From the NCBI GenBank assembly GCA_963771355.1, contig CAVYTA010000006.1, forward strand, positions 1,408,001 to 1,472,000: a stretch of DNA of 64,000 bases, given 5' to 3'. The translations under genes and the position numbers were made by a program. This DNA is from an uncultured Candidatus Rokubacteria bacterium (GTDB taxonomy: Bacteria; Methylomirabilota; Methylomirabilia; Rokubacteriales; CSP1-6). Shown piece by piece: positions 8,553-17,820 of this stretch. The notes under the pieces were generated by a model that saw only the letters and a program-made list of their open reading frames with translations, did not search any database and was not told the origin of the DNA. Numbering within the stretch: the stretch's first letter is position 1; every line of letters begins with the position of its first letter.

Positions 8553-10841
8553 GTGAGCGAGGTGCTCTCACCCGATCCAGCGACGCCGCCTCCCCCGTCC
8601 GCCGTGCATCCGCCCGCGGCGCATCCGATCATCTCCACCATCCGCCGATTCGTGGAGACCGAGGTGACGCCGGTGGCCGCCGCGCTCGAGCACGCGGACG
8701 AGTACCCTCACGCCCTCGTCGGCCGCATGCGAGAGCTGGGACTGTTCGGCGCGCTGGTGCCACCGGAGCACGGCGGGCTCGGCCTGCGCATGACGGACTA
8801 CGCGCGAGTGATCGAGGAGCTGTGCCGGGGCTGGATGTCGCTGGCGGGCGTGATCAATAGCCACACCATGGCCGCCCTCATCGTACTTCACCACGGCACC
8901 GACGAGCAGCGCCAGCGCCTCCTGCCGAAATTGGCCAGCGGGGTCGCGCGCGGGGGCCTTTGCCTCACCGAGCCGCACGCGGGCTCCGACGTCCAGGCCA
9001 TCCGCACGGTGGCGCGCCGACACGGCGACGGCTACCTCATCTCGGGCACGAAGATGTTCGTCACCAATGGTCGTGAGGGTAACACTTTTGCTCTCCTCGC
9101 TCGCACCGACACTGCCGCCGAGCCTCCGCATCGCGGCATGTCCTGCTTCATCGTGGAGAAGGGCGCGCCCGGTCTCGAGGTGGTCAAGTCCATCGCCAAG
9201 CTCGGCTACAAGGGCGTGGACACCGCGGAGCTGGTCTTCGACGGCTTCCTCGTTCCCGCCGCCAACCTGGTGGGCGGGGCGGAGGGCCGCGGCTTCAAGC
9301 ATGTCATGGACGGGCTGGAGACGGGGCGCATCAACATCGCCGCGCGCGCGGTAGGAGTGGCGCAGGCCGCTCTCGAGGAGGCGACCGCCGCCGTCCGGCA
9401 GGACACCGCGGAGCCCGCCCTGGCCGCGCTGGCCGGCATTGCCGCGCGCGTGGAAGCCGCCCGCCTCCTCACCGGCTGGGCGGCGGGAATGAAGGACCGC
9501 GCCGAGCGCTGCGACCTCGAGGCGGGCATGGCCAAGCTCTATGCCTCCGAGGCCGCGCAGGAGGTGGCGGTGGAAACCCTCCGGATCGCGGGCCGGCGCG
9601 GTGTCCTCGCGGAGTCGCCGGTGGAGCGCTTCTACCGCGACACGCCGCTCATGATCATCGGCGAGGGCGCCAACGAGATCCAGCGGATCCTCATCGCCCG
9701 CCAGCTCCTCGAGCGCCACGGCGAGCGGTTCGGCGCCACCACCTCGCGCGAGAACGAGCCCGAGGAGCGACGGCAGGTGATCATGGCGGTGCGGCAGTTC
9801 GTCCAGAAGGACGTGATGCCGCTGGCCCAGGAGGAGGATGCCGCCGGCCGATTCCCGGGCGCGCTCGTGGAGCAGCTCGCCGAGCTCGGGGTGTTCGGCG
9901 CGCTGGTGCCCGCGGACTACGGCGGGCTCGGTCTCGACCTCACCACCACCGCCATGGTGGTCGAGGAGCTGGCGCGCGGCTGGGCCATGCTGGGAGCCCT
10001 GGTCGCCGGCCACCTCGCCACCGCCGACGCCATCGCGCACTACGCGGGAGGGGCGGAGCGCGCGCGGCTGCTCCCCGCCATGGTGCGGGCCGAGCGCCTC
10101 GGCGCCGTGGCGCTGGGCGCTCCCGCCGCCGCACGCCGCGCCGGCGGCGGCTGGGGCCTGGCCGGCCGCGCGCCGCTGGTCCCCGCGGCCGCGCGCGCGA
10201 CGGTCTTCGCGATCCTCGCCGACCACGAGGGCCATCGGGCCGCCTTCCTGGCCGAGAGCGGCGTCGCCGGCCTCGAGGCGGGGCCCGCGGTGGATACCCT
10301 CGGGCTGCGAGGGCTCGGCGCCGCCGACCTGACCTTCGCCCACCTGCGCCTCCCGTACGACGCTCGCCTGGGCGGTGACGACGCGGACGTGGCCACCGCG
10401 ATCGAGTCCCGCCTGCGCCTGGGCGAGGCGGCGGTGGCAGTGGGAATCGGCGAGGCCGCCTTCGAGGCGGCGCTCCGGTACGCGCAGCAGCGCAGCACCT
10501 TCGGCAAGCCCATCGCCCAGCACCAGGCCATTCAGCTCAAGCTCGCGGACATGGCCACCCGCATCGCCGCCGCACGCCTGCTCGTCTATCGCGCGGCCGC
10601 TCGCCTCGGCGCGCGCCCGGGCGAGGCCGCCGCGGCGGCGATGGCGCGACTGGAGGCCGCCGAGACCGCCTATCACGCCGCGCTCGAGTCCATGCGCACG
10701 CACGGCGGCTACGGCTACACGAAGGAGTTCCCGGCGGAGCGCTTCTATCGGGACGCCGCCGTGCTGCTCGCGGGCGATGGCGCGGCGGGACGGCTGCGAC
10801 TCACGGTGGCTCGCGCGGTGCTCGAGGGACGGCCGGTATGA
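8553..10841 (+). CDS. Tandem (two-domain) acyl-CoA dehydrogenase fusion
   Basis: Two consecutive ACAD folds: LTEPHAGSD, KMFVTNG, IGEGANEIQR in the first; QRSTFGKPIAQHQ, HGGYGY in the second. GTG start with GAGGA RBS. Confidence 0.9.
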   Translation: MSEVLSPDPATPPPPSAVHPPAAHPIISTIRRFVETEVTPVAAALEHADEYPHALVGRMRELGLFGALVPPEHGGLGLRMTDYARVIEELCRGWMSLAGVINSHTMAALIVLHHGTDEQRQRLLPKLASGVARGGLCLTEPHAGSDVQAIRTVARRHGDGYLISGTKMFVTNGREGNTFALLARTDTAAEPPHRGMSCFIVEKGAPGLEVVKSIAKLGYKGVDTAELVFDGFLVPAANLVGGAEGRGFKHVMDGLETGRINIAARAVGVAQAALEEATAAVRQDTAEPALAALAGIAARVEAARLLTGWAAGMKDRAERCDLEAGMAKLYASEAAQEVAVETLRIAGRRGVLAESPVERFYRDTPLMIIGEGANEIQRILIARQLLERHGERFGATTSRENEPEERRQVIMAVRQFVQKDVMPLAQEEDAAGRFPGALVEQLAELGVFGALVPADYGGLGLDLTTTAMVVEELARGWAMLGALVAGHLATADAIAHYAGGAERARLLPAMVRAERLGAVALGAPAAARRAGGGWGLAGRAPLVPAAARATVFAILADHEGHRAAFLAESGVAGLEAGPAVDTLGLRGLGAADLTFAHLRLPYDARLGGDDADVATAIESRLRLGEAAVAVGIGEAAFEAALRYAQQRSTFGKPIAQHQAIQLKLADMATRIAAARLLVYRAAARLGARPGEAAAAAMARLEAAETAYHAALESMRTHGGYGYTKEFPAERFYRDAAVLLAGDGAAGRLRLTVARAVLEGRPV

Positions 10842-11320
10842 GCTACGGCCGCTACTACGAGGAGTTCACGGTCGGCCAGGAGTTCCACCACTGGCCGGGC
10901 CGCACCATCACCGAGGCGGACTGCACCTGGTTCGCGCTCCTCACCATGAACCAGCACCCGCTCCACTCGGACGCGCACTATGCCGAGACCCACACCCAGC
11001 ACAAGCAGCGCGTGGTCCTCGGTCCCCTCGTCTACAGCGTGGTGATCGGAATGACGGTGGCCGACATCTCCGGCCGCGCCATCGCCAACCTCGAGGTGAA
11101 CACGCTCAAGCACGAGAAGCCCACCTTCATCGGCGACACGCTCTATGCGCACAGCCGGGTGCTGGAGCTGCACGAATCCCGGCAGGGAGATCGCGGGATC
11201 GTGACCGTGGAGACGCGCGGCACGAACCAGCGCGGCGACCAGGTGTGCTCCTATACGCGCAAGGTCCTGGTGCCGAGGAAGAATCACCCCACCCTCGGCG
11301 AGGGCCGTCTCCCCTACTGA
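10838..11320 (+). CDS. MaoC family dehydratase
   Basis: GRYYEEF.VG..F.H.PGRTITEAD..F...TMN.HPLH.D. Confidence 0.9.
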   Translation: MSYGRYYEEFTVGQEFHHWPGRTITEADCTWFALLTMNQHPLHSDAHYAETHTQHKQRVVLGPLVYSVVIGMTVADISGRAIANLEVNTLKHEKPTFIGDTLYAHSRVLELHESRQGDRGIVTVETRGTNQRGDQVCSYTRKVLVPRKNHPTLGEGRLPY

Positions 11321-11321
11321 C

Positions 11322-12542
11322 ATGACCCGACCACCTCTGCAGGGCGTGCGGATTCTCGCGGTGTCGCAGTTCGGCGCGGGCCCCTTCGGCACCCAGGTGC
11401 TGGCCGACCTGGGCGCCGAGGTCATCAAGATCGAGGACCCCAGCGTGGGCGGCGACAGCGCTCGCTACGTTCCTCCGTTCGAGGGCGAGGCCGACTCCCC
11501 CTACTTCCAGTCGTTCAATCGGGGCAAGCGCTCGCTCACGCTGAACCTCCGCCATCCCGACGGCCAGGCCGTGCTCCACGACCTGGTGCGGGTCTCGGAT
11601 GCGGTCTTCAACAACGCGCGCGGCGATCTCCCCGGCAAGCTCGGGCTGACCTACGAGACCCTCAAGGCCGTCAACCCCCGGATCGTCTGCTGCGCCCTCA
11701 CCGGGTTCGGCACCACCGGGCCGCGCGCCGCGGAGCCGGCCTTCGACTATCTGATCCAGGGCTACGCGGGCTACATGTCCGTGACCGGCGAGCCGGACGG
11801 CCCTCCCGGCAAGTGCGGCGTCTCCATCATCGACTTCGCGGGCGGCTATGTGGGCATGGTCGGGCTCATGGTCGGCCTCTTCGACGCCCAGCGCACCGGG
11901 ATCGGGCGGGACGTGGACATCGCCCTCCTCGACACCGCGGTGAGCATGCTGTCGTACTTCGCGATCTGGACGCTCAACCGCGAGTGGGCGCCCGAGCGGA
12001 CGCGCGACTCGGCGCATCAGGTGCTGGTCCCCGCCCAGAACTTCCCCACCAAGGACGGCTGGATCGTCGTCTTCTGCAACAAGGACAAGTTCTGGCAGGA
12101 GCTCGTCGAGGCCCTGGAAGCGCCGGAGATCGGCGCGGATCCGCGCTTCCGGACCTTCCCCGACCGCCACACCCACCGTGACGTGCTGCTCCCGCTGCTC
12201 AAGGCGCGCTTCGCGACGCGCACCACCGCGGACTGGCTGGACCGGCTGCGCGGCCGCGTGCCGTGCGCGCCCGTCAACGACGTGCGCCAGGCCCTGGCCG
12301 ATGAGCAGGTCCGCGCACGCGACATGATCGTGGAGGTCCCGCACCCGGAGTTCGGGATGCTCAAGGAGGTGCGCAGCCCCATCCGCACCGAGGGCGAGGT
12401 GCGCAATCCCCGGCGCGCGCCGAAGCTCGGCGAGGATACCGACGCCATCCTGGGCGAGGTCCTCGGCTATAGCGCCTCCACCATCGCCCGGCTGCGGGCC
12501 CAGCGGGTGCTGGGCGCCCCCTCATCCGCGCCGACGGAGTGA
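11322..12542 (+). CDS. CaiB/BaiF family III CoA-transferase
   Basis: AGPFGTQVLADLGAEVIKIE, NRGKRS, FD...Q, APKLGEDT. Confidence 0.95.
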   Translation: MTRPPLQGVRILAVSQFGAGPFGTQVLADLGAEVIKIEDPSVGGDSARYVPPFEGEADSPYFQSFNRGKRSLTLNLRHPDGQAVLHDLVRVSDAVFNNARGDLPGKLGLTYETLKAVNPRIVCCALTGFGTTGPRAAEPAFDYLIQGYAGYMSVTGEPDGPPGKCGVSIIDFAGGYVGMVGLMVGLFDAQRTGIGRDVDIALLDTAVSMLSYFAIWTLNREWAPERTRDSAHQVLVPAQNFPTKDGWIVVFCNKDKFWQELVEALEAPEIGADPRFRTFPDRHTHRDVLLPLLKARFATRTTADWLDRLRGRVPCAPVNDVRQALADEQVRARDMIVEVPHPEFGMLKEVRSPIRTEGEVRNPRRAPKLGEDTDAILGEVLGYSASTIARLRAQRVLGAPSSAPTE

Positions 12543-12546
12543 TCCC

Positions 12547-12852
12547 CTGAGCCCGCTGTCGAACGCTGCTCCCTCGAAGGCTCCGGACGCGGAGCAGGTC
12601 GAGCGCACGGAAGAGACCCTCGCGCCCCCGTGGATGACCATCCTGCACAACTGCGAGTGCCATACCTTCGAGCAAGTGGTGCAGCAGCTCATGAAGGCCA
12701 TCGCCTGCTCCGAGGAGCGCGGCTGGGAGCTGGCCTGGGAAGTCCACAACCGGGGCAAGGCCGTCGTGAAGGTCGGCCCCGAGTCCGAGTGCGTCCGCGT
12801 GGGAAACGTGCTCGCCGCGATTGGTCTCGTGGTCACCGTGGTGCAGTCCTAG
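12547..12852 (+). CDS. clpS: ATP-dependent Clp protease adaptor ClpS (variant); probable CTG start
   Basis: PPWMTILHNCECHTFEQVV...EVHNRGKAVV; frame open upstream of the ATG at 12634; GGAG 7 nt before the CTG at 12547. Confidence 0.8.
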   Translation: MSPLSNAAPSKAPDAEQVERTEETLAPPWMTILHNCECHTFEQVVQQLMKAIACSEERGWELAWEVHNRGKAVVKVGPESECVRVGNVLAAIGLVVTVVQS

Positions 12853-13006
12853 CGGGTCTCGCTCCACCACGCAGTCCCTTCGCGGGAAAACCACTCTCCA
12901 ATTTATCGAGGTACGTCCTACTTTGAGGTGGTCCGCGTTCGACCCCGGGTGGTGGTGAGACATGAAGGATGGACGTGATTTCAGCTACTTACGGAAAATC
13001 AGGCAC

Positions 13007-13022
13007 TGGCATCCTGATTGCT
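13007..13022 (+). promoter_or_regulatory. Sigma-54 (-24/-12) promoter with an upstream IHF-like site
   Basis: TGGCAT-CCTGA-TTGCT fits TGGCAC-N5-TTGCW spacing; TTTCAGCTACTTA at about 12979-12991 resembles the IHF consensus WATCAR-N4-TTR. Confidence 0.75.
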
Positions 13023-13065
13023 CTAGGGATGTGTGGCTGAAGTCAGGCCCACAGGAGCCCCGACA

Positions 13066-13257
13066 ATGAACCGACTGCTCGATCTGATCCGGGAAGCGTG
13101 GCAGGAAGATCATCGGGGCGGTATCGTTCGCCCCTGGTACCGCCGCCCCAATGCGTGGATGCTGGGCGCAGCTATCGTGCTTCCGTTCGGCTGGCTGCTT
13201 CCGATCGCGAAGGTGGCCTACGTCGAGGCCCGCAACCGTCGAGCCCGCCGCTTCTAG
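13066..13257 (+). CDS. Small hypothetical single-pass membrane protein (63 aa)
   Basis: AGGAG RBS, ATG 13066, one hydrophobic segment, basic tail; lies directly after the sigma-54 site. Confidence 0.6.
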   Translation: MNRLLDLIREAWQEDHRGGIVRPWYRRPNAWMLGAAIVLPFGWLLPIAKVAYVEARNRRARRF

Positions 13258-13286
13258 CTTGCCGTCTCAAACCAGGTGAGGGCGGC

Positions 13287-13859
13287 GTGAGCCCCGGAGG
13301 CCATCTCGTCACGACGGCGGTGGCTTGTGCCGCCGTCCAGGTCGCTACCGGTTCCGCCGCCCTCACCGTAGGAGTCGCCGCCGGCGGCTTCCTGATCGAC
13401 CTCGACCACGTCCTCGACTACGTTGCCTTCGAGCGGCAGCGTGACCTTCGCCCCGCCGCCTTCCTCCGCTACTACCTGGCCGGACGTCCTCGCACCGTGG
13501 TGCTGCTCCTGCACTCGTACGAGATACTGGCGCTCCTCGCCCTCGCCGCCTGGTCGTGGAACCTGGAGTGGCTCTGGGGCTATGTGCTGGGGGCGGCGGC
13601 GCTGCACCTGCCGCTGGACATCGTGTTCAACGGCAAGGTGGCCGGCCGCAACATGGTGCCGTTCTACAGCCTCGTCTATCGGGGTCGCGCGGACTTCCAG
13701 ACCGAGCGCCTCCTCGACACGCGCCGGCTGGCCGCGCCGCCGTCGCGCTTCTGGTCCGCCTTCTTCGTGGGGGCCGTGGTCACTCCTAAGACGGCGGTCA
13801 TTTCGCCGGAGTTGGTGCCACCGGCCTCGCTCCGCTCGGCGAGGCTCTCTGTTCTCTGA
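13287..13859 (+). CDS. Membrane-bound metal-dependent hydrolase-like protein (YdjM/DUF457-like)
   Basis: N-terminal His, IDLDH, LHS, LHL.LD metal-ligand pattern within TM segments. Confidence 0.65.
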   Translation: MSPGGHLVTTAVACAAVQVATGSAALTVGVAAGGFLIDLDHVLDYVAFERQRDLRPAAFLRYYLAGRPRTVVLLLHSYEILALLALAAWSWNLEWLWGYVLGAAALHLPLDIVFNGKVAGRNMVPFYSLVYRGRADFQTERLLDTRRLAAPPSRFWSAFFVGAVVTPKTAVISPELVPPASLRSARLSVL

Positions 13860-13956
13860 TTGCTCGCCTCGCCTTCGGCTGCGGCTCGCCCGCCCTCGCT
13901 CCGCTCGGACACCTCTTTATCGAATTGCTCGCCTCGCCTTCGGCTGCGGCTCGCCC
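13823..13956. repeat. Cluster of REP-like repeats between convergent genes
   Basis: TGCTCGCCTCGCCTTCGGCTGCGGCTCGCCC at 13861-13891 and 13926-13956; CCTCGCTCCGCTCGG twice (about 13824 and 13894). Confidence 0.8.
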
Positions 13957-15506
13957 TACATTACCGGCCCGATGATCCAGGGGGCGAACTCTTCCTCGCC
14001 GACTCCGCTTAGCTCACTCTTCGACCGCTTCCCGGACGCCACCGCCACGATCTCCTCGAAGATCTGACGACCCACCTCGGGGAGGGGCACGCCCTCGAGG
14101 ATGGTCCCGCAGTTGATGTCCATGTCCTCCGCCATGTGCCGGTACATGAGGGAGTTGGTGGCGAGCTTGATGGAGGGCACCGGCTTGCAGCCGAAGACGG
14201 AGCCGCGGCCGGTGGTGAAGCAGACGAGGTTGCACCCGCCCGCCACCAGCCCCGTGATGGAGACGGGATCGTGGCCCGGCGTGTCCATGAAGACGAAGCC
14301 GCGGGTGGAGATGGGCTCGCCGTACTGAAAGACGTCCTGCATCGGCGTGGTGCCGCCCTTGGTGACACCGCCCAGCGATTTCTCGAAGACGGTGGTGATG
14401 CCGCCCGCCTTGTTGCCGGGGGCGGGATTGTTATCCATGGCCTCGATGCCGCGGCAGTACCACTCCCACCACTTGTACCGGTCGATGAGCTTCTTGGCCA
14501 CACCCTCGTTGACCGCGCGCCGGATCAGCAGGTGCTCGGCGCCGTAGATCTCCGGGGTTTCGGCCAGCACGCCGGTGCCGCCGTAGCGCACGAGCTCGTC
14601 CACCGCCCAGCCCAGAGCGGGATTGGCGGTGATGCCGGAGTTGGAGTCGGAGCCCCCACAGTTGGTGGCGAGGCAGATCTCTGACACCGGCTGCCGGCTC
14701 CGCCGCGCCTCGTTGGCCTGCGGCAGGAGCCGGGCCACCTCGCGTGCCGCGATCTCCACCGTCTTCCGGATCCCGCCCGCCTCCTGGATGTTCACCACGA
14801 AGGGCTTGCGCTCCGGATGTCCCGGCGCGGCCATGCGCTGCTTGTCCACCATCACCGCGGCCTGGTTGACCTCGCAGCCGAGCCCGACCAGGATGTAGGC
14901 GGCCACGTTGGGATGCTTGGCGTAGCCGGCCAGCACCCGCTGCAGCGCCATATGGTCCTCGCCGAAGAGCTTGGTGCCGCAGCCGGACTTGTGCGTGATG
15001 GCGAGCACCCCGTCGATGTTCGGATAATCCTTCTGGACGTCACGGAACTTGTCCTTCACGAACTGGCTCACCGAGGCGGAGCAGTTGACGCCGGAGATGA
15101 TGGCCACGTAGTTCCGCGTGCCGACGCGGCCGTCCTCGCGCTGGTAGCCGTCGAAGTAGCGCATCTGCGCGGGCGGATAATAATCCACCGGCCGCACGTC
15201 CACGCCCACCTCGTAGCGGTCGGCGGCAAGCTCGCCGATGCCCAGGTTCTGGGTGTGGACGTGGTCGCCCACCGCGATGGCCTCGGTGGCGAAGCCGATC
15301 ACCTGGCCATAGCGCCGCACCGTCTCCCCCGCCGCGCGCGCGTGCCGGGCCACCTTGTGGCCGGGGCGGATGTCCTGCCGCGCGGTGATGGCCACGCCCC
15401 CCGTGTCCGCGAGCACGGTGCCGGCCTTGATCTCCTTCTTGGCGATGGCGACGTCGTCCTGCGGGTGAAGGACGATCGCGACGTCGGTGAGCGCGTGCGT
15501 GGCCAT
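13956..15506 (-). CDS. UxaA/GarD family sugar-acid dehydratase
   Basis: SAF domain (HPQDDVAIA, GHKVA, HVHTQN), GRVGTRN, LGCE, CGGSD, NPAPGNKAGG, FTTGRG. Confidence 0.93.
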   Translation of the reverse strand: MATHALTDVAIVLHPQDDVAIAKKEIKAGTVLADTGGVAITARQDIRPGHKVARHARAAGETVRRYGQVIGFATEAIAVGDHVHTQNLGIGELAADRYEVGVDVRPVDYYPPAQMRYFDGYQREDGRVGTRNYVAIISGVNCSASVSQFVKDKFRDVQKDYPNIDGVLAITHKSGCGTKLFGEDHMALQRVLAGYAKHPNVAAYILVGLGCEVNQAAVMVDKQRMAAPGHPERKPFVVNIQEAGGIRKTVEIAAREVARLLPQANEARRSRQPVSEICLATNCGGSDSNSGITANPALGWAVDELVRYGGTGVLAETPEIYGAEHLLIRRAVNEGVAKKLIDRYKWWEWYCRGIEAMDNNPAPGNKAGGITTVFEKSLGGVTKGGTTPMQDVFQYGEPISTRGFVFMDTPGHDPVSITGLVAGGCNLVCFTTGRGSVFGCKPVPSIKLATNSLMYRHMAEDMDINCGTILEGVPLPEVGRQIFEEIVAVASGKRSKSELSGVGEEEFAPWIIGPVM

Positions 15507-15630
15507 GGGCTCCTCCTCGGGGATGGGCGGGCTCTTGAGTGGCGGCCCGGTGCCGCTACTCTACCGCGGGGCCGCCCCCTATTGCCAAGGCTTCACCGCG
15601 GGCGCTAGATTCGCCGCGGAGCCTGACCCC

Positions 15631-16863
15631 GTGACCTTACGCCCCCTCGCCACCGCCCTCCGCCATCCGGGACTTTGGCGGGGTCTCTGGGTGGGTCTCT
15701 GGCTCCTGGGTCTGTCCAGCGCGCCGGCCGCGCGCGCCCAGGAGCCCGAGCTTCGCTGCGGCCAGGAGCCGGGCTCGCGCTTCTTCTGGACGGAGTGGGG
15801 CTTCTGCGATCTGCCGCCGCATGGCCCGGAGAAGGCGCGCGGGCTCGTGATCTGGAACCACGGTATCGCGGGCACCGCGGAGCAGTACAAGGCGGCGCCC
15901 GCGCTGGCGCTGCGGCTCCTCCATTCCCGCGGCTGGGACATCCTCAAGCTCAACCGGAACAATCTCGGCGAGACCCGCGATCTCTCGCTCGCGCGGGCCG
16001 CCGAGCGCAACGCGGCGGAGATCCGCACCCAGCTTGCCCGGGGCTATCGCCGCGTGGTGCTGGCCGGCCAGTCCTTCGGCGGGTACATCGCCCTGGAGAC
16101 GGCGGCGGGATCGCGCGACGTCTTCGGCGTGGTGGCGATGGCTCCCGGGGTGACGGCGCGCGGTGGGGTGGACCGGCTCGACCCGAGCATCACCGAGCGG
16201 CTGATCGCGGAGGTCAAGGCGCGCCGCCTCGCCTTGGTCCTTCCCCAGGGGGACGCCCTCTTCGACAACCGGGTCCGCGGCCCGGGGGTGCTGCGGGCAC
16301 TGGCCGGCCGGCCGGCGCCTTATCTCCTGATTGACGAGACGGCCACCGCCGTCACCGGCCATGGCGGCGGCCTCGGCGGCCGCTTCGCGCTACGCTACGG
16401 GCACTGCCTGGCCGACTTCCTCTCCGCCGCCGACGCGCCGCCGCCCGGCCGCATCGTCTGCTCCGGCGGCCGCGAGGCCGCCGCCGCGCGCGACCTGCTC
16501 CTGACTCCGTGGCCCGCGGGCGCGCCGCCCACGCGCGACGGCGACGCGCCGGCCGCCTTCCCGCCACCTCCCGGGGGATTCTGGTACGGGCTCGTGGGGG
16601 AGACGGTGGTGGTGGCCATCGTGCTGCGAGGGGAGGGCGATGCCCTGCGCGTGCTCTATCGCGCGGCGAGCCCGAACGTGAGCGGCGGAGTGCATCCCGC
16701 GCGGTGGCAAGGCGACGAGCTCCGCGCCACGCTGGGCGAAGGAAGCGTCCCCTCCATCGCGCTCCGGCGCGCGCCGGGAAACGCGCTGGAGCTCCACTGG
16801 ACCTCCGCCGACGGCGGACGCACGCTTCGCACCACGCTCTATCCCGCGGGCGATCTCGACTAG
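15631..16863 (+). CDS. Secreted alpha/beta hydrolase-fold protein
   Basis: Signal peptide (..APAARA-Q), WNHG, nucleophile elbow GQSFGG, GHGG; start uncertain. Confidence 0.75.
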   Translation: MTLRPLATALRHPGLWRGLWVGLWLLGLSSAPAARAQEPELRCGQEPGSRFFWTEWGFCDLPPHGPEKARGLVIWNHGIAGTAEQYKAAPALALRLLHSRGWDILKLNRNNLGETRDLSLARAAERNAAEIRTQLARGYRRVVLAGQSFGGYIALETAAGSRDVFGVVAMAPGVTARGGVDRLDPSITERLIAEVKARRLALVLPQGDALFDNRVRGPGVLRALAGRPAPYLLIDETATAVTGHGGGLGGRFALRYGHCLADFLSAADAPPPGRIVCSGGREAAAARDLLLTPWPAGAPPTRDGDAPAAFPPPPGGFWYGLVGETVVVAIVLRGEGDALRVLYRAASPNVSGGVHPARWQGDELRATLGEGSVPSIALRRAPGNALELHWTSADGGRTLRTTLYPAGDLD

Positions 16864-16871
16864 GGCCATAT

Positions 16872-16900
16872 TTGACCGGGCCCTTGCCCCGCCGTACACT
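16872..16900 (+). promoter_or_regulatory. Sigma-70-type promoter
   Basis: TTGACC-N17-TACACT, 10 nt before the ATG at 16911. Confidence 0.6.
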
Positions 16901-16910
16901 CGCCCTCGCC

Positions 16911-17762
16911 ATGACACCCAATACTGAGCCCCGCGATCACACGCTCACGCTGCGCGGCATCCGCTTCCACTACGTCGAGTGGGGCGATGCCGCCGGCCGT
17001 CCGCTCGTTCTCCTCCACGGCATCACCGGCCATGCCCGCACCTGGGATCACCTGGCCGCTTCGCTCGGCCCCACCTGGCGCGTGCTCGCCCTGGACCAGC
17101 GCGGCCACGGGGACTCCGAGCCGGCGCCCGATCGGGACTACGGCGTGGGCGCCATGGCCGAGGACCTCGCCGCCTTCGTGGACGCGCTGCGCCTCGACCG
17201 CCTCACTCTGCTCGGGCTCTCCATGGGCGGGCGCGTGTCCATGGCCTATGCCGCCGCGCATCCCGCGCGGCTCGAGCGGCTCGTGATCGTGGACATCGCG
17301 CCCGACATCCATCCCCCCGGCATGGCGCGCATCCGGACCATGATGGCCAATGCCCCGGAGGCCATCGAGTCGGAGGAGTGGGCGGTGGAGACGGCGGCCG
17401 CGGCCAATCCGCGCGCCGACCTCGGCGAGCTGCGCCACCGCATCAAGCACGCGATCCGGCGCGCGCCCGACGGGGTGCTGACCTGGAAGTACGACCGCGA
17501 GCTGCGCGAGATGATGCGGCGGGGCGGGCGGCGCGAGACCCTCGACCTCTGGGCCTGCCTGCCGCGCATCACCTGCCCCACCTTGCTCATCCGCGGCGCC
17601 GAGAGTGACGTGTACTCGCCCGAGCTCGCGCAGCGCATGCTCGCCGCGCTGCCCGACGGCCGCGTGGTCGAGGTGCCGGGCGCCGGGCATACCGTGCCGG
17701 GCGACCGACCCGAGCAATTCGCCGACCTCGTGCGGCGCTTCGTGGGCGACGGCGGCCGCTAG
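16911..17762 (+). CDS. Alpha/beta hydrolase
   Basis: LLHG, DQRGHGDS, GLSMGG, GAESD, GAGH. Confidence 0.93.
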   Translation: MTPNTEPRDHTLTLRGIRFHYVEWGDAAGRPLVLLHGITGHARTWDHLAASLGPTWRVLALDQRGHGDSEPAPDRDYGVGAMAEDLAAFVDALRLDRLTLLGLSMGGRVSMAYAAAHPARLERLVIVDIAPDIHPPGMARIRTMMANAPEAIESEEWAVETAAAANPRADLGELRHRIKHAIRRAPDGVLTWKYDRELREMMRRGGRRETLDLWACLPRITCPTLLIRGAESDVYSPELAQRMLAALPDGRVVEVPGAGHTVPGDRPEQFADLVRRFVGDGGR

Positions 17763-17820
17763 CTCCCGCTGACCCGGGAGCGAAGCACGGGTCGTCCAGG
17801 GCGGTGGGGCCGCCCGCGCG

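Noticed and set aside
12925..12962. GTTCGAC resembling a tRNA T-loop
   Set aside because: The flanks do not form a 5-bp T-stem, and no D-arm or anticodon arm can be built.
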